A stretch of DNA of 64,000 bases from an uncultured Eubacteriales bacterium (GCA_934501435.1 CAKSTW010000007.1:1347-65346), one strand, 5' to 3'. Shown: positions 54,468 to 63,454, counted from the stretch's first letter. Numbers and translations: made by a program. The notes: generated by a model not told the origin, from the letters alone.

Positions 54468-57400
54468 AACAGTTCCTTCTTAAGGTTTTTCGAACGCTTT
54501 TCGAAAAGCCCGGATGCGGAGCGGTCAACGATGCGGACATCGTTATATTTCCAGTTGCTTAAATTACCGCTAAGCAGAATGATTCCCTCTCCTTTACTTC
54601 CTCCGACAACAGACATATCACAACTGCCTGCTCGGTTTGTTTTCAGATAAAGTATCATACTTTCAAGGCATTTAATTTGTTCATCGACAGTCTTATACTC
54701 AAAGACGTCCGCTTTTCCTGTAACAACGCAGGGTTTTGCTCCGGGAAGCCTATCAAAAGTTTTGTTTTTCATCTTTGAAACCAAACTTTCGTAAAGACGG
54801 AGATTTTCTTCGTGCGATATGCCGTCGTATCTTTCGTCTATGGTATAATCTCTGTTTTTTTCTCTCTTTTTTGCTATATTCTCTATCTTTTTTATGTACC
54901 GTACTTCTTCGGGCGTGTAATACGGAGTCATAAGCGAACGGAAAATAACAGAACTCCCGTTTTTACCTGCAATACATACATCAAATCCGTCAAGAGAAAA
55001 AACAGTGTTTATTTTAATTATTCTTCCGTTCAACAAAGGTTCAATATCAAAAGCGTCTTCCGGCAAAGCCTTCTTTATACAGTCGAGAGCGCAGTCTCCT
55101 CCTTTTTTGAATTTTTCCGCGTCGAGGAGATTTATTCCGATTATCGCTATGTCGGATTTCTTTCCCTTTTTATATTTTGCAAGTACGAAGAAAGACGCCG
55201 TCGGTTTATTGTAACCGCCGTACTTTTCCGCGGGAAGATCCTTTTTTCTGTTGATAAGATTTTCCGTTTTCTCTCCGGACTGTTTTGGCAGAATATCGAA
55301 AAACCCACCTTTCTTTTCCGTCTGATATTTTGTCAGGCGGATAAAGTTTGTAGCCATTGTTTTGTCGATTGCCGCAAGATGCTTTTCGGACTGCCAATAT
55401 CCGCCGCGCGGGAACCCGAACAACGTTTTAATGTTGAGGGAATATTTGTCGGTCGAAACGTCAAACTTCTTCCGTGCTATCGGTTTGGTGAAACGCTCGT
55501 CGTAAACGTTTCCGACAACAATATTGAGGTAAGCGTCGTGAGCGTGGTGAGCGTCGTTTGCGGTACGGCTCTTGACAAGTTCGAGTTTTTTCTTTTCATC
55601 GTCCGTCAGAGAAAGATTTGAGACCCTATTCTTGATTTCACCGTATCCGTGTCTGAAATCGCTTACAAGCCCTGCTTTTGAATAAACGATCCCGGTTTCG
55701 GGATATTTTTCTTTCAGCAGTTCCGCGACCGCCTTTGTCGATTGCCTTGTTTCGACAAGCTGCCTGTTTATAAAGCCGAGTTTCTCTTCTTCCGTAAACG
55801 CGGTGTTCCTTGTGAGCCGGCTGAATTTCGCTTTGCTTATTGCTCCGCCTGAAAGAAGGCTCGTCCAGAAGCCCGTCATTCTCTCCCGCCAATTCGCGCG
55901 TATCGGGTATTCGTCTTTTTTTGACTTGTTTTCTTCTTCGCAGACAAGAACTTTATTGTCAAGGCTGTCGTCTTTGACAAGAGACTGCGGGCGGATATGG
56001 TCGACGTCGTATTTTCCCGATTTTATATCGTTTATCTCTATTCTTTTTCCGCAGTACATACATTTCCCGTGCTGCATAAAGTAAAGATACAGTTTTTCGC
56101 TTTGCAGACGTTTGTCTTTATCCGCGCCGAGTCCGTCAAGTTCTTTTTCGAGTTCCGAACGGTCTTCTTTTGCGGCTTTGATGATTTCTTTTATCCTTTC
56201 GCTGCGGGAAGCGGTTCTCTTTCCCTTCCTGTCGGGTTCTTCGCCCCTTGCCGTTTCGATAAAGATTTTGTCGGGCGGACACCCCTTTGCCTTAACGATA
56301 TCGGAAATAATATCGAGAGAACGGAATATCGGGCGCTTTACGGCGTTCGATACCCCCATTTCGTCAAGCCTGTCGTTGATTTTGTGCGGGTGTTCCGAAT
56401 AATATTCGGCGACGGCATCGTCGATCTTCTCCGTGAAATCGTATCTGTCCGACAGAATCTGCATAAGGTTGTCGTTCGTATCCCACAGAAAGTGCATAAC
56501 GGTCCCGACTTCTCCGGTTTCTTTGCACATTCCGACCGTTCCGTTAAGGAACTTTGCGGAAAGTCTTCCGAAATCGGAATATCTGAGTTTTGAAACATAT
56601 TTGATATCCTCGTCGGAAAGCGGGAAATTATCCTTCAGATATCTCTCAAAACGCCCCTTGTCCTCGGTGCAGGTCCTGTAAAGTATTATTTTTTCAACGT
56701 CGTCGTCGGATAAGACTTTGTCGGACAGCAGTCTTTTGAAATCAATATATGAGTCAAAAGACGCTTTTATCTTTTCGTCGATTCCCGATATCACGTCGTC
56801 TTTTGCCAGCAGTCCGTTTGCCCGCATACAGTCTTCGAGTTTTTTGCGGGTCACTTTGCGGCAGGACTTAAAGAGTTCTTCGAAAACTTTTTGTTTTGCT
56901 TCGACGGTTATCGGCTTCTCGTTTATTTTTATATTGTTTATTTCGTTAAGCACCGTAAATTTGCCGTAAAGGAGCGATTTTTTCGGCAAAACGTCTTCTC
57001 CCGGCAGATAAGTGCATTTGTTTGTCATTCTTCTTATGAATTCTCTCTCGCAGGCGTCGCCGTCGACGATATCTTCGAAATTCCACGGCAGGATTTTTTC
57101 GTCTGACTTCTTTTTGATCCAGGCGAAATTACTTTTTTCATTTAACGGACCGACGTAATAGGGGATTCTGAAAGAAAATATCGACAGCAGCTTTTGAGAT
57201 ACGGTCAAGCCGTCGCCGTCTTTTTCCAGAAGAAACGGGAATTCTTCCGCCGCGTTTTCAAGAATTTTTTTGAGTTCCGCATAATAAAGCTGTTGGGGAA
57301 TAAGGCGGTTGTCTCCGTCGACCTGTTTCGGCATATATTCGCCGGAATCTATGCGTTTTAATATCTCTTCAATCGCGGGATCTTCGGTGTTTATTTTCTT

Positions 57401-58501
57401 GAGAAGTTTCTTTACTTCGTCATAGAAATCGGATTTTTTAGCACTCTTTTCTCCCTTGTGCTTTTTATGATATTTTGCGACGTACGAAGAGTATTTGGAG
57501 GTGATGTCTTTTCTGAAAAAATCCTTGTAATCATCTTTGGGAAGATATTTTTTTACAAGATATTTCAGATTTTTAAGGTCTTCTTTATGCGTATTGTATT
57601 CCCCGACTTTAACCTCGGATATCCACTTTTTGTCGCCGAGCATGCGTTTTAACGACGCTCCGTTATACATATTTGCCGCAAGTTGCAGAAGTTCGCCTTT
57701 GTCTCCGAGTTCTGGTAGCGCCGCTTCGACCGTTTCTTCGTTTTCAAGGCATATCTTTTCGGTATATTCGCCGCCGAAAACGTCGTTTGCCGAAATCTTT
57801 CCGCCGGATATCAGCGTTATGAAATTCTTGCGGACTATCGGATAATCTTCTTCGTCCGCAGGAAATTTCCCGCCGAAAAGAAGTTTTTTCAGCTCTTCCT
57901 TTTTCTTGGTTATACCGAGAGGCTTTGCAAGAACTTCTTTGAAACTTTCAATGTCGCAGTCCCACGGTTGTTCAAAGCCGTTATCGGAGAAATAAGCCGT
58001 AAAGGCTCCGTAAAATTCCTCAATGTCGGTCAGTTTTTCAACATCGTCGCCGTCCGTCGAATTGAGAAAATGCCCCCTGTGCGCAACAAGCCAGGCGACA
58101 GCGGAATAAAGTTCTCTTATATCGTGTTTTCTGTCGTTGTTTATAAACGACATTATAAGGTGATGTATGGTCGGGTCGGAGATATTGTACGCCGAAACGG
58201 TTTTGTCTTCGGGGTATAAAGCGCTTTCTTTGAGACGGGTAAAGAAATCGGGATCGACTTTCGCCGTTTCTGCGGCAAAGAGTTCTCTTACAAGTTGAAT
58301 TCTTTGCTTTTTTCTTTCATTTCTCCGTCTCGAAGTTCTTGCCGTTCGACGATCCGCGCATTGTTTTCCCTCGTCAAAGAGGGTAACTCCCCACATCGGT
58401 TTCCTTTTGTATTCACAAAGATTGTAGTCGGTATCGGTAACTGCATACCCCACCGACTCTGTTCCTATATCGACTCCGATGTAATAAGAATTTTTTTTCA
58501 T
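54464..58501 (-). CDS. cas9: type II-A CRISPR-associated endonuclease Cas9
   Basis: 1345 aa. RuvC-I is YYIGVDIGTESVGYAV, followed by an Arg-rich bridge helix (RRTARTSRRRNERKKQR). HNH is YDVDHIRPQSLVKDDSLDNKVLV and RuvC-III is NDAHHAHDAYLNIVVG. Confidence 0.97.
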   Translation of the reverse strand: MKKNSYYIGVDIGTESVGYAVTDTDYNLCEYKRKPMWGVTLFDEGKQCADRRTARTSRRRNERKKQRIQLVRELFAAETAKVDPDFFTRLKESALYPEDKTVSAYNISDPTIHHLIMSFINNDRKHDIRELYSAVAWLVAHRGHFLNSTDGDDVEKLTDIEEFYGAFTAYFSDNGFEQPWDCDIESFKEVLAKPLGITKKKEELKKLLFGGKFPADEEDYPIVRKNFITLISGGKISANDVFGGEYTEKICLENEETVEAALPELGDKGELLQLAANMYNGASLKRMLGDKKWISEVKVGEYNTHKEDLKNLKYLVKKYLPKDDYKDFFRKDITSKYSSYVAKYHKKHKGEKSAKKSDFYDEVKKLLKKINTEDPAIEEILKRIDSGEYMPKQVDGDNRLIPQQLYYAELKKILENAAEEFPFLLEKDGDGLTVSQKLLSIFSFRIPYYVGPLNEKSNFAWIKKKSDEKILPWNFEDIVDGDACEREFIRRMTNKCTYLPGEDVLPKKSLLYGKFTVLNEINNIKINEKPITVEAKQKVFEELFKSCRKVTRKKLEDCMRANGLLAKDDVISGIDEKIKASFDSYIDFKRLLSDKVLSDDDVEKIILYRTCTEDKGRFERYLKDNFPLSDEDIKYVSKLRYSDFGRLSAKFLNGTVGMCKETGEVGTVMHFLWDTNDNLMQILSDRYDFTEKIDDAVAEYYSEHPHKINDRLDEMGVSNAVKRPIFRSLDIISDIVKAKGCPPDKIFIETARGEEPDRKGKRTASRSERIKEIIKAAKEDRSELEKELDGLGADKDKRLQSEKLYLYFMQHGKCMYCGKRIEINDIKSGKYDVDHIRPQSLVKDDSLDNKVLVCEEENKSKKDEYPIRANWRERMTGFWTSLLSGGAISKAKFSRLTRNTAFTEEEKLGFINRQLVETRQSTKAVAELLKEKYPETGIVYSKAGLVSDFRHGYGEIKNRVSNLSLTDDEKKKLELVKSRTANDAHHAHDAYLNIVVGNVYDERFTKPIARKKFDVSTDKYSLNIKTLFGFPRGGYWQSEKHLAAIDKTMATNFIRLTKYQTEKKGGFFDILPKQSGEKTENLINRKKDLPAEKYGGYNKPTASFFVLAKYKKGKKSDIAIIGINLLDAEKFKKGGDCALDCIKKALPEDAFDIEPLLNGRIIKINTVFSLDGFDVCIAGKNGSSVIFRSLMTPYYTPEEVRYIKKIENIAKKREKNRDYTIDERYDGISHEENLRLYESLVSKMKNKTFDRLPGAKPCVVTGKADVFEYKTVDEQIKCLESMILYLKTNRAGSCDMSVVGGSKGEGIILLSGNLSNWKYNDVRIVDRSASGLFEKRSKNLKKELL

Positions 58502-58509
58502 GACTCATA

Positions 58510-58538
58510 TTGACAACCTCCCTTTTTTATGTTATTAT
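58510..58538 (+). promoter_or_regulatory. tracrRNA promoter
   Basis: TTGACA (58510-58515), 17 nt, then TATTAT (58533-58538). It is divergent from and abuts the cas9 start codon. Confidence 0.7.
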
Positions 58539-58544
58539 ACAGGT

Positions 58545-58653
58545 GTAAGTTACCCTATGGACTTACACGCGAGTTCAAATAAGGATTTTCCGAAATCGTC
58601 GGCTTTGCCGACAGCGCAGCGGCGCCACGCTTTCCTTTGGGAAAGCGTTTTTT
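58545..58653 (+). ncRNA. tracrRNA: tracrRNA
   Basis: The anti-repeat at about 58549-58580 (AGTTACCCTATGGACTTACACGCGAGTTCAAAT) is collinear with the plus-strand repeat, so it is complementary to minus-strand crRNA. It is followed by AATAAGG, hairpins GTCGGC/GCCGAC and GCGC/GCGC, and terminator ACGCTTTCC-tttg-GGAAAGCGT plus TTTTTT (58627-58653). The ends are approximate. Confidence 0.85.
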
Positions 58654-58665
58654 CTTTATGACGGA

Positions 58666-58694
58666 AGTATAACATATTTATAACAGAATTGCAA
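58666..58694 (-). promoter_or_regulatory. candidate distal cas9 operon promoter
   Basis: The minus strand reads TTGCAA-17 nt-TATACT, just downstream of the terminator of the preceding minus-strand gene. Transcripts from here would run antisense across the whole tracrRNA gene. Confidence 0.45.
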
Positions 58695-58705
58695 TACATT
58701 CTTCA

Positions 58706-58735
58706 CAAAAAAGACCATTCCGCGAGGAATGGTCT
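58706..58735 (-). terminator. intrinsic terminator after the M48/YgjP-like gene
   Basis: 10-bp stem AGACCATTCC/GGAATGGTCT with a GCGA loop, followed by a T-run on the minus strand. Confidence 0.7.
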
Positions 58736-59439
58736 TATGTTATGGGATATTTTGAAAGTTTCTTTCGCAGGGGTTTCCATTCGGGGACAAATTTTGCGAC
58801 TTCGTCGTAGAACGCCGTCGAATGGTTCGGAATTTTCAGGTGAGAAAACTCGTGGGCGACGACGTAGTAAACGCAGTCGTCGGGAACAAACGCCAAAGCG
58901 GTCGAAAAGGTGATTATCCGTTTTTTCGGTTGGCAGGAGCCCCACCGCGAACGCATTTTCCGAAACTTTATTTCGGGGAACTTTTCGCCCGGAATTCTTG
59001 ATTTTTCAAAGATTTCTTCGCATATCGGCAAGATTTTTTGCGTGCAGTATTCCCTGAAAAACCGTTCGAGAATTTTTCTTTTTGCCTCTTCGTTTTCGGG
59101 GTCTTTTGCGAAAACGACAATTTCGTTTTCCGAAAGGGCGACCGTGTCGTTCCCTTTTTTCAGGCGGACGGTAAGTCTTTTTCCCGAAAGCAGAACGGAG
59201 TTTCCGTCTTCGATTTTTTCGGGAACGGCTCTTTCTCTTTTCTCAAAGCCGTCGAGCGTTTTCAGAATAAAATCCGATTTTGAAAGAATAAACCGCTCGA
59301 TTTCCGCTTCGGGAACGCCGCGGCGGACCGAAACATAAATCCCTTTATCGGGACTTATCCTCAGGTTCAGATTCTTCACCCGTTTACGCTCAAGCGTATA
59401 TTCCAAGCGCCTGCCGCCGAGATACAGAGTCTTCGTCAT
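58735..59439 (-). CDS. YgjP-like (DUF45/M48 family) metal-dependent hydrolase
   Basis: 234 aa. Has an HEFSHL (HExxH) motif near the C-terminus and the N-terminal pattern YTLERKRVKNLNLRI typical of DUF45. Confidence 0.8.
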   Translation of the reverse strand: MTKTLYLGGRRLEYTLERKRVKNLNLRISPDKGIYVSVRRGVPEAEIERFILSKSDFILKTLDGFEKRERAVPEKIEDGNSVLLSGKRLTVRLKKGNDTVALSENEIVVFAKDPENEEAKRKILERFFREYCTQKILPICEEIFEKSRIPGEKFPEIKFRKMRSRWGSCQPKKRIITFSTALAFVPDDCVYYVVAHEFSHLKIPNHSTAFYDEVAKFVPEWKPLRKKLSKYPIT

Positions 59440-59440
59440 G

Positions 59441-59833
59441 TCAGAATTTCACCGTTTCTTCGGGTTTCGCAAAGGACGAAAAAACTGCGGTCGCGTTTTT
59501 GAAATACCAGACCTGCGTATTGCCGTCGTCGGCGGAATAGAGGCTTTGAAGTTCGGGGTACGCTTCAAGCATCGAAACTCTCGCTTCTCTTCTGTCGTCT
59601 TCGGCGAGTTCGCCCGAAACCCGGAGCCAGTCGCCGCCCGACATCGCGCATATCTCGACGTTCGGGTTTGCCGCAAGCTGCTTTGCGACGGCTTTCTTTT
59701 TCCCCGTCTGGATATAAAGCCGTCCCTCGAAAATATGAGCGGTGCCGAAAGGTCTTACTTTCGGTTTGTTTCCGTCGACGGTCGCAAGATAATATGTTCC
59801 CGCGTCTTTTAAGAATTTACATACTCTTTCCAT
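59441..59833 (-). CDS. pyridoxamine 5'-phosphate oxidase family (FMN-binding split barrel) protein
   Basis: 130 aa. YYLATVDGNKPKVRPFG...LYIQTGKKKAVAKQLAANPNVEICAM is typical of the family. Confidence 0.75.
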   Translation of the reverse strand: MERVCKFLKDAGTYYLATVDGNKPKVRPFGTAHIFEGRLYIQTGKKKAVAKQLAANPNVEICAMSGGDWLRVSGELAEDDRREARVSMLEAYPELQSLYSADDGNTQVWYFKNATAVFSSFAKPEETVKF

Positions 59834-59843
59834 AATTTATACC

Positions 59844-60380
59844 TCACTTAATGCTTTTCCCGAGTTCGTATGCCTTTTGAAGTCCCGCGTTTCCCTTTAT
59901 ATCGCCCGGGGCGTTTACTCCGCCGACAAAGACCGTTCCCGCAAGACGCGCGCGCTCAAAACAGTCAATCCAGCCGCAGATACCCTCTTCGGCGCGCTTC
60001 GGAACATATTCCCCGTCTTCCGCCGCCGTCGAAAGGACGTAAACGTCTTTGAAACGGTAATCGGAACCGTAAAGCGGGTTTGCGCGGTCGAGCACGGTCT
60101 TCAGCTGACCGCTCATTTCATAATAATATATGGGCGTTGCGAAAACGAGGACTTCCGCATCGTGAATTTTTTCGTTGATTTCGGCGCAGTCGTCCTTTAT
60201 TACGCATCTGCCCGTTTTCCGGCAGGAAAGACAGCCTATGCAGAAATTTATTTTCTTGCCGCCGAGAGTTATTTTTTCGGCTTCGTTTCCGCTTTCCTTT
60301 GCTCCGCGGATAAATTCGTCGGCGAGCGTTTCGGAATTGCTGTTTCTTCTTAAACTTGAACTTATAACCGTGATCCTCAT
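59844..60380 (-). CDS. flavodoxin-like NAD(P)H-dependent FMN reductase / iron-sulfur flavoprotein
   Basis: Start trimmed to MRITVISSSLRRNSNSE after AGGAG. Has a CIGCLSC...GRC cysteine cluster. Confidence 0.75.
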   Translation of the reverse strand: MRITVISSSLRRNSNSETLADEFIRGAKESGNEAEKITLGGKKINFCIGCLSCRKTGRCVIKDDCAEINEKIHDAEVLVFATPIYYYEMSGQLKTVLDRANPLYGSDYRFKDVYVLSTAAEDGEYVPKRAEEGICGWIDCFERARLAGTVFVGGVNAPGDIKGNAGLQKAYELGKSIK

Positions 60381-60437
60381 AAAAAATCTCCTTTCATACG
60401 CCCTAATTATATCACGCTTTTTTCGGCTTTGCAACTC

Positions 60438-60466
60438 TTGAAAAACATTTTCAGCCGTGATATAAT
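60438..60466 (+). promoter_or_regulatory. sigma-A type promoter of the methyltransferase gene
   Basis: TTGAAA-17 nt-TGaTATAAT. Confidence 0.5.
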
Positions 60467-60488
60467 CTTAAGCATGGAAGGTGATAAT

Positions 60489-61253
60489 ATGTCGGACTGG
60501 AATTTGGCTCAATATCTGAAATTTGAAAAGGAAAGAACTCAGCCCGCGGCGGATCTGCTGTCGCGTGTTTCCGATTTTTCGCCCGAAAAGATTCTTGACG
60601 CGGGCTGCGGTCCCGGAAACAGCACCGTTCTGCTTGCAAAAAAGTTCGGGACGGAAAAGGTTATCGGCGTTGACGCGTCGGACGATATGCTTAAAAAGGC
60701 GAGGGAAAAGCACCCCGATATCCGTTTCGAAAAAACGTTTTTGCCCGACGGCATTTCAGAATTCGGGAAATTCGACCTTATCTTTTCAAACGCCTGTATC
60801 CATTGGATCCCCGACCACAAAACGCTTATTCCGTCGCTCTTTTCTCATCTTTCGGAGAACGGCAGGCTTGCGGTTCAGATTCCGTATAAAAAGAAATCCG
60901 TTTTTTACGGACTGCTTTTTTCACTGCTTGACTCAAAATGGAAAAGACTAAAGGAAGTGCGGCTGTTTAACGAACTTTCGCCGGAGGAATATTACGATAT
61001 TCTTTCGTCGCTTTCACAGGATTTCTCGATCTGGGAAACGGAATATTACCATACGGTAAATTCTTTCGACGATGTTATCGGATGGTATGAGGGGAGCGGT
61101 CTGCGTCCGTATTACGACGTTCTTTCTCCGACCGAAAAAGAAGAGTTTGTCTCCGACTTAAAGAAACTCATTTCGGAAAATTTCAGAATACAGCAGAACG
61201 GCAGGATCATCTTGAAAATGCCGCGACTGTTTTTTACCGTTACAAAAAACTGA
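60489..61253 (+). CDS. tam: SAM-dependent methyltransferase, trans-aconitate 2-methyltransferase (Tam)-like
   Basis: Start trimmed to MSDWNLAQYLKFEKERTQPAADLLSRV, a Tam-type N-terminus. SAM motif ILDAGCGPGNST. Confidence 0.7.
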   Translation: MSDWNLAQYLKFEKERTQPAADLLSRVSDFSPEKILDAGCGPGNSTVLLAKKFGTEKVIGVDASDDMLKKAREKHPDIRFEKTFLPDGISEFGKFDLIFSNACIHWIPDHKTLIPSLFSHLSENGRLAVQIPYKKKSVFYGLLFSLLDSKWKRLKEVRLFNELSPEEYYDILSSLSQDFSIWETEYYHTVNSFDDVIGWYEGSGLRPYYDVLSPTEKEEFVSDLKKLISENFRIQQNGRIILKMPRLFFTVTKN

Positions 61254-61276
61254 AAAAACCCCCGAATCGGGGGATT

Positions 61277-61627
61277 TTAATATTCTGTTTTTATCCATGC
61301 CATAAGAAGATTTACTATCTTTTCCTGCTCTGTTTCGGAAAGAGGACGTCCTTTCGGGACTTTATACCACTTTTCAAGACAGCCGCGGCAGCAGCAGGCG
61401 CAGGCGTGCTGTGCGATAAACACGGGGTGTCCCCGCATCGGCGTTTGTCTGCCGTCGTTTTTCGGAATTGCGGGGGCGAGCCTTTCTTTTATAAACTTTT
61501 CGGCGTGCTTCTTTATTTCGTCAAGCCCCTTTTCGGCAATATAGGCTTTGTCTTTTGCCGAAAGCCGAAATTTTGCACGGAACGGCGACTTTTTCAGCTT
61601 TTCGAGGGCGGCGTCTATCGTCTGCAT
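61277..61627 (-). CDS. DUF4186 family protein
   Basis: 116 aa with HPVFIAQHACACCCRGCLEKWY, the hallmark as I recall it. Confidence 0.7.
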   Translation of the reverse strand: MQTIDAALEKLKKSPFRAKFRLSAKDKAYIAEKGLDEIKKHAEKFIKERLAPAIPKNDGRQTPMRGHPVFIAQHACACCCRGCLEKWYKVPKGRPLSETEQEKIVNLLMAWIKTEY

Positions 61628-62955
61628 TGCATATACCCGTATTTCTTTCTTTTTGCAAAGAGGAAGACCGCGGTTGCGGCGACGGCGGCGGCTTCGGCGG
61701 CGACAAGAGAAAACCAGATACCGTCAACGCCCCACAGGAGCGGGAAAATTATAACTGCGGAGACCTGAAAAACGAGCGTTCTCAAAAAGGAAATGAGGGC
61801 GGAAGTCAGACCGTCGTTTAATGCCGTAAAAAACGACGAGCCGTAAATTGCAAACCCCGAAAACAGGAAAGAAAAGGAAAAAATTCCGAAAGCGTGCGTC
61901 GTGATCTCAAGGAGTTCGGGGTCGTATCCGACAAATATCGCGGACATCGGTCTCCCGAAAAATATCCCCGCGGCAAACATTGAGATCGCGCATATAAGGG
62001 TGATGACAAGGCTTTTTTTAAGGATGTTCTTCAGTTCGCCGGTATTTTTTGCGCCGAAGTTGAACCCGACGATGGGCGCGCTCCCGACGGAATATCCGAT
62101 AAAGAGCGATTGGAAAATCATTCCGACATACATCAGAACGCCGTAGGCGGCTATCCCGTTTTCACCTGCGTAATGCATCAGTCTCGCATTGTAAAGCATG
62201 CTGACAAGCGACATGGAAACGTTGCTCATAAATTCGGAAGAGCCGTTCGCGCAGGTCTTTCCTATTGCCCTTATGTCGAACCTGCATTTTGAAAGACGGA
62301 GAACGCTGCTGTTTTTTTTCGCAAAATATATAACGGGAATGATCCCGCCGACAAACTGGCTTAACGCCGTTGCGACCGCGGCGCCGACAAGACCCCACTC
62401 AAAAACCGCGACAAACAGGGCGTCAAGCGCCATATTCGTACAGCCCGAAGCGACCGTTACGGCAAGTCCGAGTGCCGGTTTTTCAGCAGTCGCAAAAAGG
62501 CACTGAAATTCATACTGCAGGATATAAAAAGGCAGCGCGGCAAGAATTATTCTGCCGTAAATCACGCTGTCTTCAAGTATCTGTCCCTCCGCTCCGAGCA
62601 GAACGGCTATGGGACGCAGAAAAATTATGCCGAGAACGGCTATTATAACGCCGAGCGCCGCAGCGACGAAAACGACAAGCGAAAAAATTTCATTCGCTTT
62701 CTTTTCGTTTCCTTCGCCTCTGGTTTTGGAAATAAGAGCGCCTCCGCCTGTTCCGAACATAAAGCCTACGCAGCCTAACATCAAAAGAACCGGTATTATG
62801 AAATTCACTGCGGCAAAAGCCGTTTTCCCGACGAAATTCGAAACGAAAAAGCCGTCGACAATCCCGTATATCGAAGTGAAGACCAGCATTATTATCGAGG
62901 GCAGGGTAAAGCGCAGCAGCCGTCCGTATGTGAAATGGCTTGCAAGTCCCGTCAC
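61615..62955 (-). CDS. MATE-family efflux transporter
   Basis: 446 aa with 12 predicted TM helices. N-terminus LLRFTLPSIIMLVFTSIYGIVDGFFVSNFVG. Confidence 0.9.
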   Translation of the reverse strand: MTGLASHFTYGRLLRFTLPSIIMLVFTSIYGIVDGFFVSNFVGKTAFAAVNFIIPVLLMLGCVGFMFGTGGGALISKTRGEGNEKKANEIFSLVVFVAAALGVIIAVLGIIFLRPIAVLLGAEGQILEDSVIYGRIILAALPFYILQYEFQCLFATAEKPALGLAVTVASGCTNMALDALFVAVFEWGLVGAAVATALSQFVGGIIPVIYFAKKNSSVLRLSKCRFDIRAIGKTCANGSSEFMSNVSMSLVSMLYNARLMHYAGENGIAAYGVLMYVGMIFQSLFIGYSVGSAPIVGFNFGAKNTGELKNILKKSLVITLICAISMFAAGIFFGRPMSAIFVGYDPELLEITTHAFGIFSFSFLFSGFAIYGSSFFTALNDGLTSALISFLRTLVFQVSAVIIFPLLWGVDGIWFSLVAAEAAAVAATAVFLFAKRKKYGYMQCRR

Positions 62956-63395
62956 TGTTTTTTCTCCTTTTTCATTCTCGAACGGAAATCCTCAAGATAT
63001 TTTTCGGTAAGTCTGAAATAGTTTTCTACGTCTTCCTCTTCCCATGAAGAGAAAATGTCGTTTTCCGCTTCGATAATTTTTTTTACCGTGGTTTCGGCAA
63101 GCGTTTTTCCTTTTCCGGTAAGTTTTATCCGTTTGGTTCTGCCTTCGCTCAATATCCGCAGAAATCCGCTTTTTTCAAGATTTCTTACGGCTGATCCCGC
63201 GGTCTGCTTGGTCATACCCGAATATTCCCGTATGTCTTTGATAAGACATTCCCCGTCGTTTTCGTAAAGAGTGTAAAGAATTACGGAAACGCTGTCCGAG
63301 AGCCCGTATTTGACCGAAGCCCCGTGATATGCGGCGTCTATTTCGTTAAGAAGATAATTGTATCTGCGAAGTTCGTTTGAAACTATATTTTTCAT
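62952..63395 (-). CDS. MarR-family transcriptional regulator
   Basis: Start trimmed to MKNIVSNELRRYN (GAGGTG lies 5 nt upstream and TATAAT further up). This removes the overlap with the tfoX-like gene. 4-nt overlap with the MATE gene. Confidence 0.75.
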   Translation of the reverse strand: MKNIVSNELRRYNYLLNEIDAAYHGASVKYGLSDSVSVILYTLYENDGECLIKDIREYSGMTKQTAGSAVRNLEKSGFLRILSEGRTKRIKLTGKGKTLAETTVKKIIEAENDIFSSWEEEDVENYFRLTEKYLEDFRSRMKKEKKQ

Positions 63396-63454
63396 AAACA
63401 CCTCAAAAAGTCCGAAATCGTACATTTCTATTATAGTACGGTTTCGGACTTTTG

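Noticed and set aside
54464-58501. An alternative classification of the locus as type II-C (no csn2), or as lacking a tracrRNA.
   Set aside because: A 221-aa Csn2-like gene follows cas2, and a tracrRNA with promoter, anti-repeat and terminator is present upstream of cas9. Type II-A is the consistent call.
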